A stretch of 64,000 nucleotides of DNA from Nitrospinota bacterium. Its GTDB lineage: Bacteria > Nitrospinota > Nitrospinia > JACRGO01. The stretch covers positions 215 through 64,214 of the forward strand of contig JACRGO010000237.1 of the NCBI GenBank assembly GCA_016212295.1, in the 5' to 3' direction. Position 1 is the first letter of the stretch; each line of letters starts with the position of its first letter. Shown here one piece after another: positions 43,741 through 52,314 of the stretch. The position numbers and the translations under genes were made by a program. Under the pieces are notes generated by a model. It did not search any database, was not told the origin of the DNA, and saw only the letters and a program-made list of their open reading frames with translations.

Positions 43741-44535
43741 TTAAAAAACCAGCCTTAACTCCAAAACGCCGGTCCGCTTGTCTATCATGTATTCCCTTTC
43801 AGGAGCAAAATTTTCCGGGGCCAAATCCAGGACCTCCTGCCGCGTCCGGCATTTTCCCCCATCCGTCCCCAGAAACATGTTTATATCAAAGAGAAAATTA
43901 TAGGGATCATCCCAGGGGTCCACGAAGTGCTCTATGATGGCCAGACGCCCCTTTTCCGTGAGCGCCCCGGCGGCCTTGTTAAAAAAAAGCCTTACTGAAT
44001 CGTCGCCGTACATGTGGATCACCTGTGATATCAGGATGAAATCAAAATTTTCCCCCCAGGGAAGGTCCCGGAAATCGCCTGCTATGATTTCTCCCTGGAG
44101 TCCCTTTTCCCTTGCCAGGGCAGCGGCACTTTCAATGTCCATGTAGGTTGCTGCGATATCGGGAAATTTTTTTTGTATTCCTCTCAAATAAGGGGCCGTG
44201 CCTCCTCCCACGTCGAGCAGACGGCGGACCCCGGCCAGGTCGACCAGTTCCAGAAACGTATTAAGGGAAAATCCGGCCTTTTCCTCCTGCGCCTCCATGT
44301 AGATACGGTAGTCCTCCTCGGTTCCGTGAGGGACCTCGCGCTTATCAGGCAGTCCCTTCCAGTGCTCCGCCATCCGCTCCATCTGCCTGGCCATGTGGGG
44401 CGCTTTGATTTCCTGGGGATAAATCCGGTCCAGCGCCTTTTGAATCCTTGGGGGAAGGGGGCCGTTTTTCACCGAGGCGATCAGCAGCCTGGTCTTCCAT
44501 GCGCCGGTGAGGACGTCAAAAAATAGTTCTTCCAT
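43741..44535 (-). CDS. class I SAM-dependent methyltransferase
   Basis: 264 aa with motif I 'LLDVGGGTAPY' and the overall O-methyltransferase-like layout. Confidence 0.7.
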   Translation of the reverse strand: MEELFFDVLTGAWKTRLLIASVKNGPLPPRIQKALDRIYPQEIKAPHMARQMERMAEHWKGLPDKREVPHGTEEDYRIYMEAQEEKAGFSLNTFLELVDLAGVRRLLDVGGGTAPYLRGIQKKFPDIAATYMDIESAAALAREKGLQGEIIAGDFRDLPWGENFDFILISQVIHMYGDDSVRLFFNKAAGALTEKGRLAIIEHFVDPWDDPYNFLFDINMFLGTDGGKCRTRQEVLDLAPENFAPEREYMIDKRTGVLELRLVF

Positions 44536-44746
44536 TTTTCACTAACCCGGACAAGCCGGAACTAAAATAAAATTCCGATGTATTCAAACATTTGATGATA
44601 CCTCTTTTGGACCGCCGATTCCATGCCGCGCCATGGAACCCCGGCGCAGGATTGTGCCCCCGCAGGAAGAGGTCTGGAGGTTGATATTTTACTTCACAAT
44701 TTTTTTCACATTTTTAAAAATTGAGCAGAAGTGGTTTCGCAACCCA

Positions 44747-44791
44747 GGTCGGCGCGAAAGGATTTGAACCTCCGCCCCACCTGCTCCCAAG
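44747..44791 (-). tRNA. tRNA-Pro(TGG)-like 3' half fragment (anticodon loop to 3' end), a probable integration-site remnant
   Basis: The minus strand reads 'CTTGGGAGCAGGTGGGGCGGAGGTTCAAATCCTTTCGCGCCGACC'. This has a T-arm GGTTCAAATCC, an acceptor 3' strand and an anticodon loop CTTGGGA. No matching 5' half is present upstream. Confidence 0.5.
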
Positions 44792-45437
44792 GATATGGGG
44801 ATGAAAGGGTCATTGACAACTATCGTTACGAGGTATATTTTATATTCACTTGTTGCCGCGTTATTGGCTGGATAAATGCTGAAAGCCCGGCTCCTATAGA
44901 TTGGAAAATAGGATGGAGAATTAGAAAATGGGAGCCATCCTTCAATTTGAGTTGCTTCATTGGGAGGAAGAAATAAATGGCAATTAACAAAGCAATAGAA
45001 GAAATAAGAAAAACCCGTCATGAAATCTCTTCAAGGCACCATCACAACACTAAAGAATTATTGGAGCACTATAAACAACTGGAAAGCAAATATTCGGACA
45101 GGATTTGCGACCGGACAAGGGACAGCAAAATAATCCAGAGGACACTAAAAAGCAGCGCGGTTGATTAAGGAGCAAGCTTCGTAATCCTCAGCCGGTTCTC
45201 CTTCTCTTTCCTCGATGGCTTTCAGGTCGGATAAATATTCAAAAGTCCGTTGGGCCTAAAAACTTTGAAAATGAGCTGAAATAATTAAATCCTAAATTAT
45301 GCGGATTCGGCATAATGGTAAAACAGATTATGTTACATGGAAAATCATGGCGGACTTTAATGAATAAATGATTAACAAGCCTTGAAAGCAATAGAAGTGT
45401 TTCTGAATAAATAAACAAAGAGTATGCATAAAAATAA

Positions 45438-46055
45438 ATGTTCGCGCCGCCATTAGGCTTAAAGAATATGAACCGAATTTATCTATCAATATTAATAATA
45501 TGCTTCCTCCTTGGCACGTGTACACTTATAGCATTTGTCAAGGCTGGAGAGTCTATATCTGGGAATTTGTATCCAGAATTAATAGGCTTTTGTTTAGATG
45601 GAATATTCTTTGTAATTCTTTTTACTGTTTATGAGGGGCGAAGATTTAAAGTAGAATCAACAAAACAAAAGATTAAATTAAAGAAGAGTTTGCGAGATTT
45701 ACTCGCAATAATACTGCAATGGTCACAACCTATTAACAGCAAAATTCCTTTTAAAGAGATCATTTTAAATCCCGATAACCTCAAAGCAATTCAAAAGGAA
45801 TTAGAGTCAACAAGACGACTTGATGGAGTGCAGGCAGATTTTCTCAGAATACATGCTTTAGCAAGGATTCCTTCTATCCAAGCCGCAATTCCAGTATCTG
45901 CTACGATTGATGGAAGACATTTACAGTTATGGGACTTAATTTTAAACAATCTTCGGGCAATTGCTGAATCTACTAATGACGAAAATGCTTATGAAGCACT
46001 GTTAGATTTTATTAACTTTGTAATCAAATTTGATGAAGCTCAAGTGTCTGCCTAA
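45438..46055 (+). CDS. hypothetical membrane-anchored protein
   Basis: 205 aa. Two N-terminal TM helices are followed by a helical soluble domain. It is AT-rich and has no family match by eye. Confidence 0.35.
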   Translation: MFAPPLGLKNMNRIYLSILIICFLLGTCTLIAFVKAGESISGNLYPELIGFCLDGIFFVILFTVYEGRRFKVESTKQKIKLKKSLRDLLAIILQWSQPINSKIPFKEIILNPDNLKAIQKELESTRRLDGVQADFLRIHALARIPSIQAAIPVSATIDGRHLQLWDLILNNLRAIAESTNDENAYEALLDFINFVIKFDEAQVSA

Positions 46056-46212
46056 CAAAGAAACAGTTGCAGGAGTCAGACATTGATCTGGAACAAAAAT
46101 GGGCTTGCCTAACAACCGCCTCCACGGCAGACGCTTGACTGTCATGCGCCTTGCAAAGTTCCGCAAGCCTTACGCCAGCCTGCGCTTGTGAGGCGAGCGT
46201 TAGATTTCAAGG

Positions 46213-47067
46213 ATGCCAATGGCTATTCACTGGTCAGAATCCGAAGTCGAGGCAGCAGTTGAAGACTACTTCAACATGCTCCGCCAGGAGTTGACCGGTC
46301 GCAAATACAACAAGACCGAGCATCGCCGGGCATTAATGGAACATCTGAACAATCGGTCAGAAGGTTCGGTTGAACTGAAGCATCAAAATATCAGCGCCGT
46401 TCTGATCGAGATGGGTATTCCATACATTGACGGATACAAGCCACGTTCAAACTACCAGCGCACACTACTGCCCGCAGCGGTGTCTGATTTCCTCGCCAAT
46501 CACCCCGAGTTTCACGCGCTGTTCCAAGAGGACTCCGAGGTCGCGCCATCCATCCCATCGGTTGCGGATTTTCTCGCGGCGATGGAAGCTCCGCCAAGGC
46601 CGGAAAACAAGGGCAGCTCAACGATCGCGGAGACTCAAGCTATCTACAATCCCGCCGGTGTGAACTACCTGGAACGGGAGGCGCAAAATCATTCACTAGG
46701 AGACGCCGGGGAACAATTCGTCATCAATTTTGAGCGGGCCAGGTTAATCCACGCCGGGAAGGAATACCTCGCGGATCAAATTGAGCAAATATCAGTCTCG
46801 GTCGGCCCTTCCGCTGGGTTTGATATCCGGTCGTTTGAAGAAAACGGAACAGACCGCTTTATCGAGGCAAAAACCACGAAATACGGCAAGAGCACGCCAT
46901 TCTTCGTTACTCCCAACGAGTTGGATTTCTCACGGGAGAATGCAACCCGGTACTTTCTATACCGTGTCTTCAAGTTCCGCGCGGAACCACGCTTGTTCAC
47001 TTTGCATGGCTACTTGCAGGATCAGTGCATACTCCAGCCGTCGCAGTACTTGGCGAAGCCAGCGTGA
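46213..47067 (+). CDS. COG3183-N-terminal-domain plus DUF3883 (restriction-endonuclease-like) protein
   Basis: The N-terminus 'EAAVEDYFNMLRQELTGRKYNKTEHRRALMEHLNNRSEGSVELKHQNISAVLIEMGIPYIDGYKPRSNYQ' matches the non-catalytic N-domain of HNH-type predicted restriction enzymes. The C-terminal half 'GDAGEQFVINFE...GFDIRSFEENGTDRFIEAKTT...FFVTPNE...YFLYRVF' fits DUF3883. Confidence 0.55.
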   Translation: MPMAIHWSESEVEAAVEDYFNMLRQELTGRKYNKTEHRRALMEHLNNRSEGSVELKHQNISAVLIEMGIPYIDGYKPRSNYQRTLLPAAVSDFLANHPEFHALFQEDSEVAPSIPSVADFLAAMEAPPRPENKGSSTIAETQAIYNPAGVNYLEREAQNHSLGDAGEQFVINFERARLIHAGKEYLADQIEQISVSVGPSAGFDIRSFEENGTDRFIEAKTTKYGKSTPFFVTPNELDFSRENATRYFLYRVFKFRAEPRLFTLHGYLQDQCILQPSQYLAKPA

Positions 47068-47129
47068 AATCTGGCAATGCGTTGCAACTGGCGTATTGAC
47101 ACGATTTGATCTTTTTTATAACATGAAGG

Positions 47130-47714
47130 CGAAAATATATCCCCCCTGCTTCTTCGGAAGCAGGGCGCGAGGCCGGGGATGCCGATTTCGATACCCTCAT
47201 CGCCTGCGCCTTCAACTATGACGCCCATTCCTCGGAATTCGATAAACTGGGCCGGATTCCGGTGCTCAAGGCCAGGATGAACGCCGACCTGCACATGGCA
47301 GGCGACCTCAAGAACACCGGCAAGGGGAACCTTTTCGTCATCTTCGGAGAGCCGGACATTGACATCCTCGACGCCGGGGACGGGCAGGTGCGGGTGAAGA
47401 TCAACGGCGTGGATGTCTTTCATCCCAACACCGGAGAGATTCGCAGCGACGGCGCGGAGGGGATCGCCTGCTGGTTCATCGACACCGATTATAACGAAGA
47501 GAGCTTCTTTGTCCGCCACGCCTATTTTCTCGGGGCCAACGATCCCTACAAGTCCCTCAAAACCACCCTCAAGGCCGAGATCAACGAAGAAGCCTGGGGT
47601 ACCCTGAACAGCGACACCTCCCGCCCCTTCCGGAAACCAAAATCCGGTCGGATCGCGGTAAAGGTGATCAATCATCTGGGGGATGAGGTGATGAAGGTGT
47701 TTCGTCTGAAATGA
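47130..47714 (+). pseudogene. orphan C-terminal fragment of a DNA methyltransferase (type III Mod / type IIG-like)
   Basis: The frame opens right after an in-frame TGA with no start or N-terminal catalytic domain. The C-terminal 'EAWGTLNSDTSRPFRKPKSGRIAVKVINHLGDEVMKVF' resembles the conserved tail of adenine-specific Mod-type methyltransferases. It is GC-rich, unlike its neighbours. Confidence 0.4.
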
Positions 47715-47744
47715 TAGAATTTTGTATTTTAGAACATTGAAAGA

Positions 47745-49258
47745 GTGTTCACGGGAGTGTCTGCCATGCGCCTGACTATCGAACAGCTCCAAAGCATTAT
47801 GAACTCCACGGAAGGGGAGCATTTCGAATTCAAGGAAGCCAAAACCAAATTTCATTTTGAGAAGCTCCTTAAATATTGTGCTGCTTTAGCGAATGAGGGT
47901 GGTGGGGAAATGGTTCTCGGCGTTACCGACAAACGGCCAAGACATGTGGTTGGAACTCAGGTGTTTTCTCAACCGGAACGGACGAGAAGCGGGCTTATTG
48001 AAAAGCTGCGTTTAAATATCAATTTTGATGAAGTCCAGCATCAAAATGGGCGCGTCCTGATTTTTCACGTTCCCTCTCGCCCCGTCGGAATGCCGATCAA
48101 GGCGGAAGGCGTTTACTGGGAACGAAAAGCCGACAGCTTGGTTCCTATGTCTGAAAATCGGCTTCGTGAAATCTTCTCCGAGGCAGGGCATGACTTTTCA
48201 GCCCAGATATGTTCAGGCGCAACAATAGCTGATTTGATCCCGGCGGCCATTGAAGATTTCCGGAACCGGTGGCTTATCAAGTCAAACAATCCCGGTTTAT
48301 CCACGTTGAGCCATGAACAGCTTCTTTCCGACGCCGAAGCGGTTGTTGATGGTTATCTTACCTATGCCGCGTTGATCTTGTTCGGAACAAAACAAGCTCT
48401 GGGCAAGTGTTTAGCCCAATCCGAGGTGGTTTTTGAATATCGGTCTTCCGATGCCTCAGGTCCAGCCCAGCATCGAGAAGAATTTAGAGAAGGGTTTTTC
48501 AGTTATTATGAAAAATTATGGAAGTTGATTAATTTGCGTAATGATATCCAGCACTTTCAGTCAGGTTTATTCCTGCTGGATATCCCGACTTTTTCGGAAC
48601 GGCCAGTTCGAGAAGCTGTCTTAAACGCCGTCAGCCACCGGGATTATCAGCTCGGAGGCAGCATCTTTATTCGCCAATATCCAAGGAAGTTGGTGTTTGA
48701 GAATCCAGGCGGATTTCCGGTTGGCATAAATCTCGATAATATCCTTGATCGCCAGTCGCCGCGCAATCGCCGCATCGCGGATATTTTTGCAAAATGTGGT
48801 CTTGTGGAGCGTTCCGGTCAAGGCATGAACCTGATGTTTGAGCGAAGCATTCAGGAAAGCAAAGCAATACCTGATTTTTCCGGCACTGATCAGTACCAAG
48901 TGATATTGAAAATCGCCTTCAACCTCGATTACAGACACTAGTGTCAAAAGGCGTCATCGAGCGCTTTGGCCGTGGGCGCGGTGTTAAATACATTCTCAGC
49001 CGTCAATATTATCAGATGGTAGGGAGTAGGGGTGTATATACGAGAAAGAAGGGATTGGATCGTGAAACAAACAAGACCTTACTTTTGAAACATATCGTTG
49101 AAAATTCCGAAACCGGAAGCCGCCTCAAGGAACTGAGACAAGTGCTTCCTTCGTTATCAATGCCACAAGTGCAAACCCTGCTTAGAGAACTTAAATTAGA
49201 AAGAAAAATTCATAAAACTGGAGCTACACGAGCGGCTCTTTGGCATGCCAATCTTTAA
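47745..49258 (+). CDS. Schlafen/AlbA_2-domain ATPase-like protein (COG2865 family) split by a frameshift at 48941
   Basis: ORF 47745..48941 has an N-terminal AlbA_2-like 'EGEHFEFKEAKTKF...' and a HATPase_c_4-like middle. ORF 48941..49258 (GTG start overlapping the TAG) carries 'GVIERFGRGRGVKYIL' and a wHTH, which normally forms the C-terminus of the same polypeptide. Confidence 0.6.
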
Positions 49259-49384
49259 TAAATCTATTGCATCAGCAAAAAAATCTAATTGCAATCCAAA
49301 TGCAATATAATACCCCAAGGTCTTTAATTACAAATAGTTAATATATATCGCTATTTAATTTGATATATAAAATTATGCAATAAA

Positions 49385-51457
49385 ATGGAATTTCGAATAG
49401 CCGATACCTTTACCGACAGCCTTTCCAAACTTAACGGAGAGGAACAGAAGGCCGTCAAGACCACCGCCTTCGACCTCCAGATGAATCCAGCCAATCCGGG
49501 GATGCAGTTTCATAAACTGGACAGGGCCAAGGACGCCAATTTCTGGTCAGTCCGTGTGAGCCGGGACATCCGATTAATTGTCCACAAAACAAAATCCAGC
49601 CTCCTGCTCTGCTATGTCGGGCACCATGATGACGCCTATCACTGGGCCGAACGGCGAAAACTGGAAACGCACCCGAAGACCGGCGCCGCGCAGATGGTTG
49701 AAGTTAGGGAGACCATAAAAGAAATCACCATCCCCAAATATGTTGAGGTTGAGCAACCCGTACCTTCCAAGCCCTCCCTGTTTTCGGATGTGTCCGACAA
49801 TGAACTCCTGAATTACGGTGTGCCGTCCGAGTGGTTGAACGATGTGCGGAAAGCCAATGAGGACAGCCTATTGGAACTGGCCGGCCACTTGCCAGGCGAG
49901 GCAGCCGAGGCGTTGCTCAATCTGGCCACCGGGGTGACGCCGCAAATCGCACAGCCGGGTTCCACTGAAGTTGATCCCTTTGACCATCCCGACGCCAAGC
50001 GGCGGTTCCGGGTGATGAACAATGTCGAGGAACTTGAACGTGCCCTGGAATATCCCTGGGAGAAATGGACTGTCTTTCTTCACGCCGCGCAACAGGAGTA
50101 TATAGAACAGGATTACACCGGCCCGGCAAGGATTTCCGGTTCCGCTGGCACTGGCAAGACTATTGTGGCCCTCCATCGAGCGGTTTTTCTTGTCCGTTCC
50201 AACCCTGAAGCCAGGGTGTTGCTCACCACATTCTCCGATACCTTGGCGAATGCACTGAGAACAAAATTGAGACGCCTGATCTGCAACGAACCGAGTCTGG
50301 GCGAACGTCTGGAAGTTTACGCCATGAATCAAATTGGCCTCAGACTCTATGAACTGAATTCTGGACGTCCACGGATCGCATCCCGAAAAGATATCAAGCA
50401 ATTTCTTGAAGAAGCCTCCATTCAAATAGAAGGACACAAGTTTACCCTGCATTTCCTGATGACGGAGTGGGAGGAGGTTGTTGACGCATGGCGGTTGGAA
50501 ACCTGGAAGGCGTACCGCGATGTTACGCGACTGGGAAGAAAAACGCGTCTGCCGGAGAAACAACGTGCCATGCTCTGGTCTATTTTTGAACGTGTGAGGT
50601 CCAATCTGAAGACCCGGAATCTTGTAACATACTCCGCCTTGTTCAGTCGTCTGACGTCTCAACTGGGTAAAAGCAAGCACCCGCCTTTTGATTTCGTCGT
50701 TGTGGACGAGGCACAAGATGTTAGTGTGGCTCAATTGCGGTTTCTGGCTGCCCTTGGGGCCAGACGAAAGGACAGCCTTTTTTTTACCGGAGACCTTGGG
50801 CAGAGGATTTTCCAGCAACCCTTCTCCTGGAAGGAACTTGGCATTGATATTCGCTGGCGTTCCCGCACACTGAGAATTAATTACCGCACCTCACACCAGA
50901 TCAGAATACAGGCTGATCGGTTGTTGGGACCTGAGTTGTCCGACGTGGACGGCAATGCAGAAGAACGGCGCGGTACAATTTCTGTTTTCAACGGGCAAAA
51001 TCCAACTATTATGATTTTAGATAGTCAGAAAGAAGAAATTAAAATGGCCGGCAAATGGATATCGGACCGTATAGGGGAAGGCTTAGCGCCAAGCGAGATA
51101 GGCGTTTTTGTCCGTTCCGAAGCGGAACTGGACAGGGCGCGGACCGCTGTTAAAAAAACGGGCTTGCCCTATAAGGTTCTCGACGAGAAGGTCGAAACAA
51201 CCGCCGGAAATATTTCCATCAGTACCATGCACCTTGCCAAGGGCCTGGAGTTCCGCGCCGTTGCTGTGATGGCCTGTGATGATGAGGTTCTTCCCTTGCA
51301 AGAAAGAATCGAATCCGTAGCGGATGATTCCGACCTGGAAGAGGTTTACAACACGGAACGTCATTTGCTTTACGTAGCCTGTACCCGGGCACGGGACTAT
51401 CTTCTTGTAACAAGTGTTGATCCGGCATCGGAATTCATTGATGATTTGAAGATGTGA
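49385..51457 (+). CDS. UvrD/Rep-like SF1 helicase with N-terminal RelE/ParE-like domain
   Basis: 690 aa. The N-terminal roughly 90 aa 'FWSVRVSRDIRLIVHKTKSSLLLCYVGHHDDAYHWAE' fits the RelE/ParE toxin-fold consensus. The rest has Walker A 'GSAGTGKT', a DEAQD box 'VVVDEAQDV' and C-terminal UvrD motifs 'ISTMHLAKGLEFRAVAVM...VACTRARDYL'. Confidence 0.7.
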   Translation: MEFRIADTFTDSLSKLNGEEQKAVKTTAFDLQMNPANPGMQFHKLDRAKDANFWSVRVSRDIRLIVHKTKSSLLLCYVGHHDDAYHWAERRKLETHPKTGAAQMVEVRETIKEITIPKYVEVEQPVPSKPSLFSDVSDNELLNYGVPSEWLNDVRKANEDSLLELAGHLPGEAAEALLNLATGVTPQIAQPGSTEVDPFDHPDAKRRFRVMNNVEELERALEYPWEKWTVFLHAAQQEYIEQDYTGPARISGSAGTGKTIVALHRAVFLVRSNPEARVLLTTFSDTLANALRTKLRRLICNEPSLGERLEVYAMNQIGLRLYELNSGRPRIASRKDIKQFLEEASIQIEGHKFTLHFLMTEWEEVVDAWRLETWKAYRDVTRLGRKTRLPEKQRAMLWSIFERVRSNLKTRNLVTYSALFSRLTSQLGKSKHPPFDFVVVDEAQDVSVAQLRFLAALGARRKDSLFFTGDLGQRIFQQPFSWKELGIDIRWRSRTLRINYRTSHQIRIQADRLLGPELSDVDGNAEERRGTISVFNGQNPTIMILDSQKEEIKMAGKWISDRIGEGLAPSEIGVFVRSEAELDRARTAVKKTGLPYKVLDEKVETTAGNISISTMHLAKGLEFRAVAVMACDDEVLPLQERIESVADDSDLEEVYNTERHLLYVACTRARDYLLVTSVDPASEFIDDLKM

Positions 51458-51575
51458 TCCGCAGGAATACCTTTAGATGCGCATAGAAGTGAGTAAGTCT
51501 TACATTTCCAAGGTCTTAACTGACTGTCCATAAAACCTTCCGAAAAAAGGTTTTGTAACCCATTGATTTAATGCA

Positions 51576-51773
51576 CTACCATAGAAAGGAGTTGCCCCTC
51601 GCCTTTTTTCTCTTGACCAGGAGGGTGTCCCTGGTGATGAGGACCCGGCCCTCCGCCAAGGCCAGCTCCACAAGCTCGCCGTCTTCCATGCCGGGGAAGC
51701 ATTCCACGTCGCAGCCCAGGATGCGCATCCACTTCGCCAACCGGCCCAGCATGCCGTCCACGAGGAATTTCAT
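51576..51773 (-). pseudogene. Mut7-C/DUF82 (PIN-like RNase) N-terminal fragment
   Basis: 65 aa. The 'MKFLVDGMLGRLAKWMRILGCDV' N-terminus is typical of Mut7-C proteins, but the zinc-ribbon C-terminal half is missing. The ORF stops about 120 bp from the helicase gene end. Confidence 0.45.
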
Positions 51774-51828
51774 GAACTCCCTCCCGTCCCTGTTCTTTCC
51801 TTTTCCGCCCCTGAATTTTTACCCTTTT

Positions 51829-52314
51829 TCATTCCAGAAGGACCAAGCCGAAGAATTGGGCGGTTTCAGGGTCATGGCTTAAATCGTACCCGAATTTTCT
51901 GACAGTGCCGAACACGTCAATGCCCATTGCTTCCATTGAGGGCCGCGCCTCCTCGGTCTTCACGCAAGGACGGTCATCCGGGCACTCCTCGCAGAGTCCG
52001 CATGGCCCTGACCCCATGCCGAATGCCTTGAAAAAACCCAGTTCCACGGCCTTTTTCTCTATCTCCGTTACCGCCCACCGTATCTTCCAGGATGCATGGT
52101 CGTGGATCAGCAGGGCGGTGTTGTATTCGGAAAAAATTTGCCTGGAGAAAAAGGGCGGGGGAGGAAATGGGGGGCAAGAGTACCTTTTACCGAACTCCCC
52201 GCACCCGTACCGGCACTTGAATAAAACCCAGGGCGCGGTTTGAATGTCCTTACTCTCAATGAGCAGGATTTCCTTGAGGTCCAGTTCTTTTTTCAAAGCC
52301 AGGAGATTTTTCAT
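51829..52314 (-). CDS. predicted metal-binding protein (DUF2284-like)
   Basis: 161 aa with Cys clusters 'CRYGCGEF...YSCPP' and 'CGLCEECP'. Confidence 0.45.
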   Translation of the reverse strand: MKNLLALKKELDLKEILLIESKDIQTAPWVLFKCRYGCGEFGKRYSCPPFPPPPFFSRQIFSEYNTALLIHDHASWKIRWAVTEIEKKAVELGFFKAFGMGSGPCGLCEECPDDRPCVKTEEARPSMEAMGIDVFGTVRKFGYDLSHDPETAQFFGLVLLE

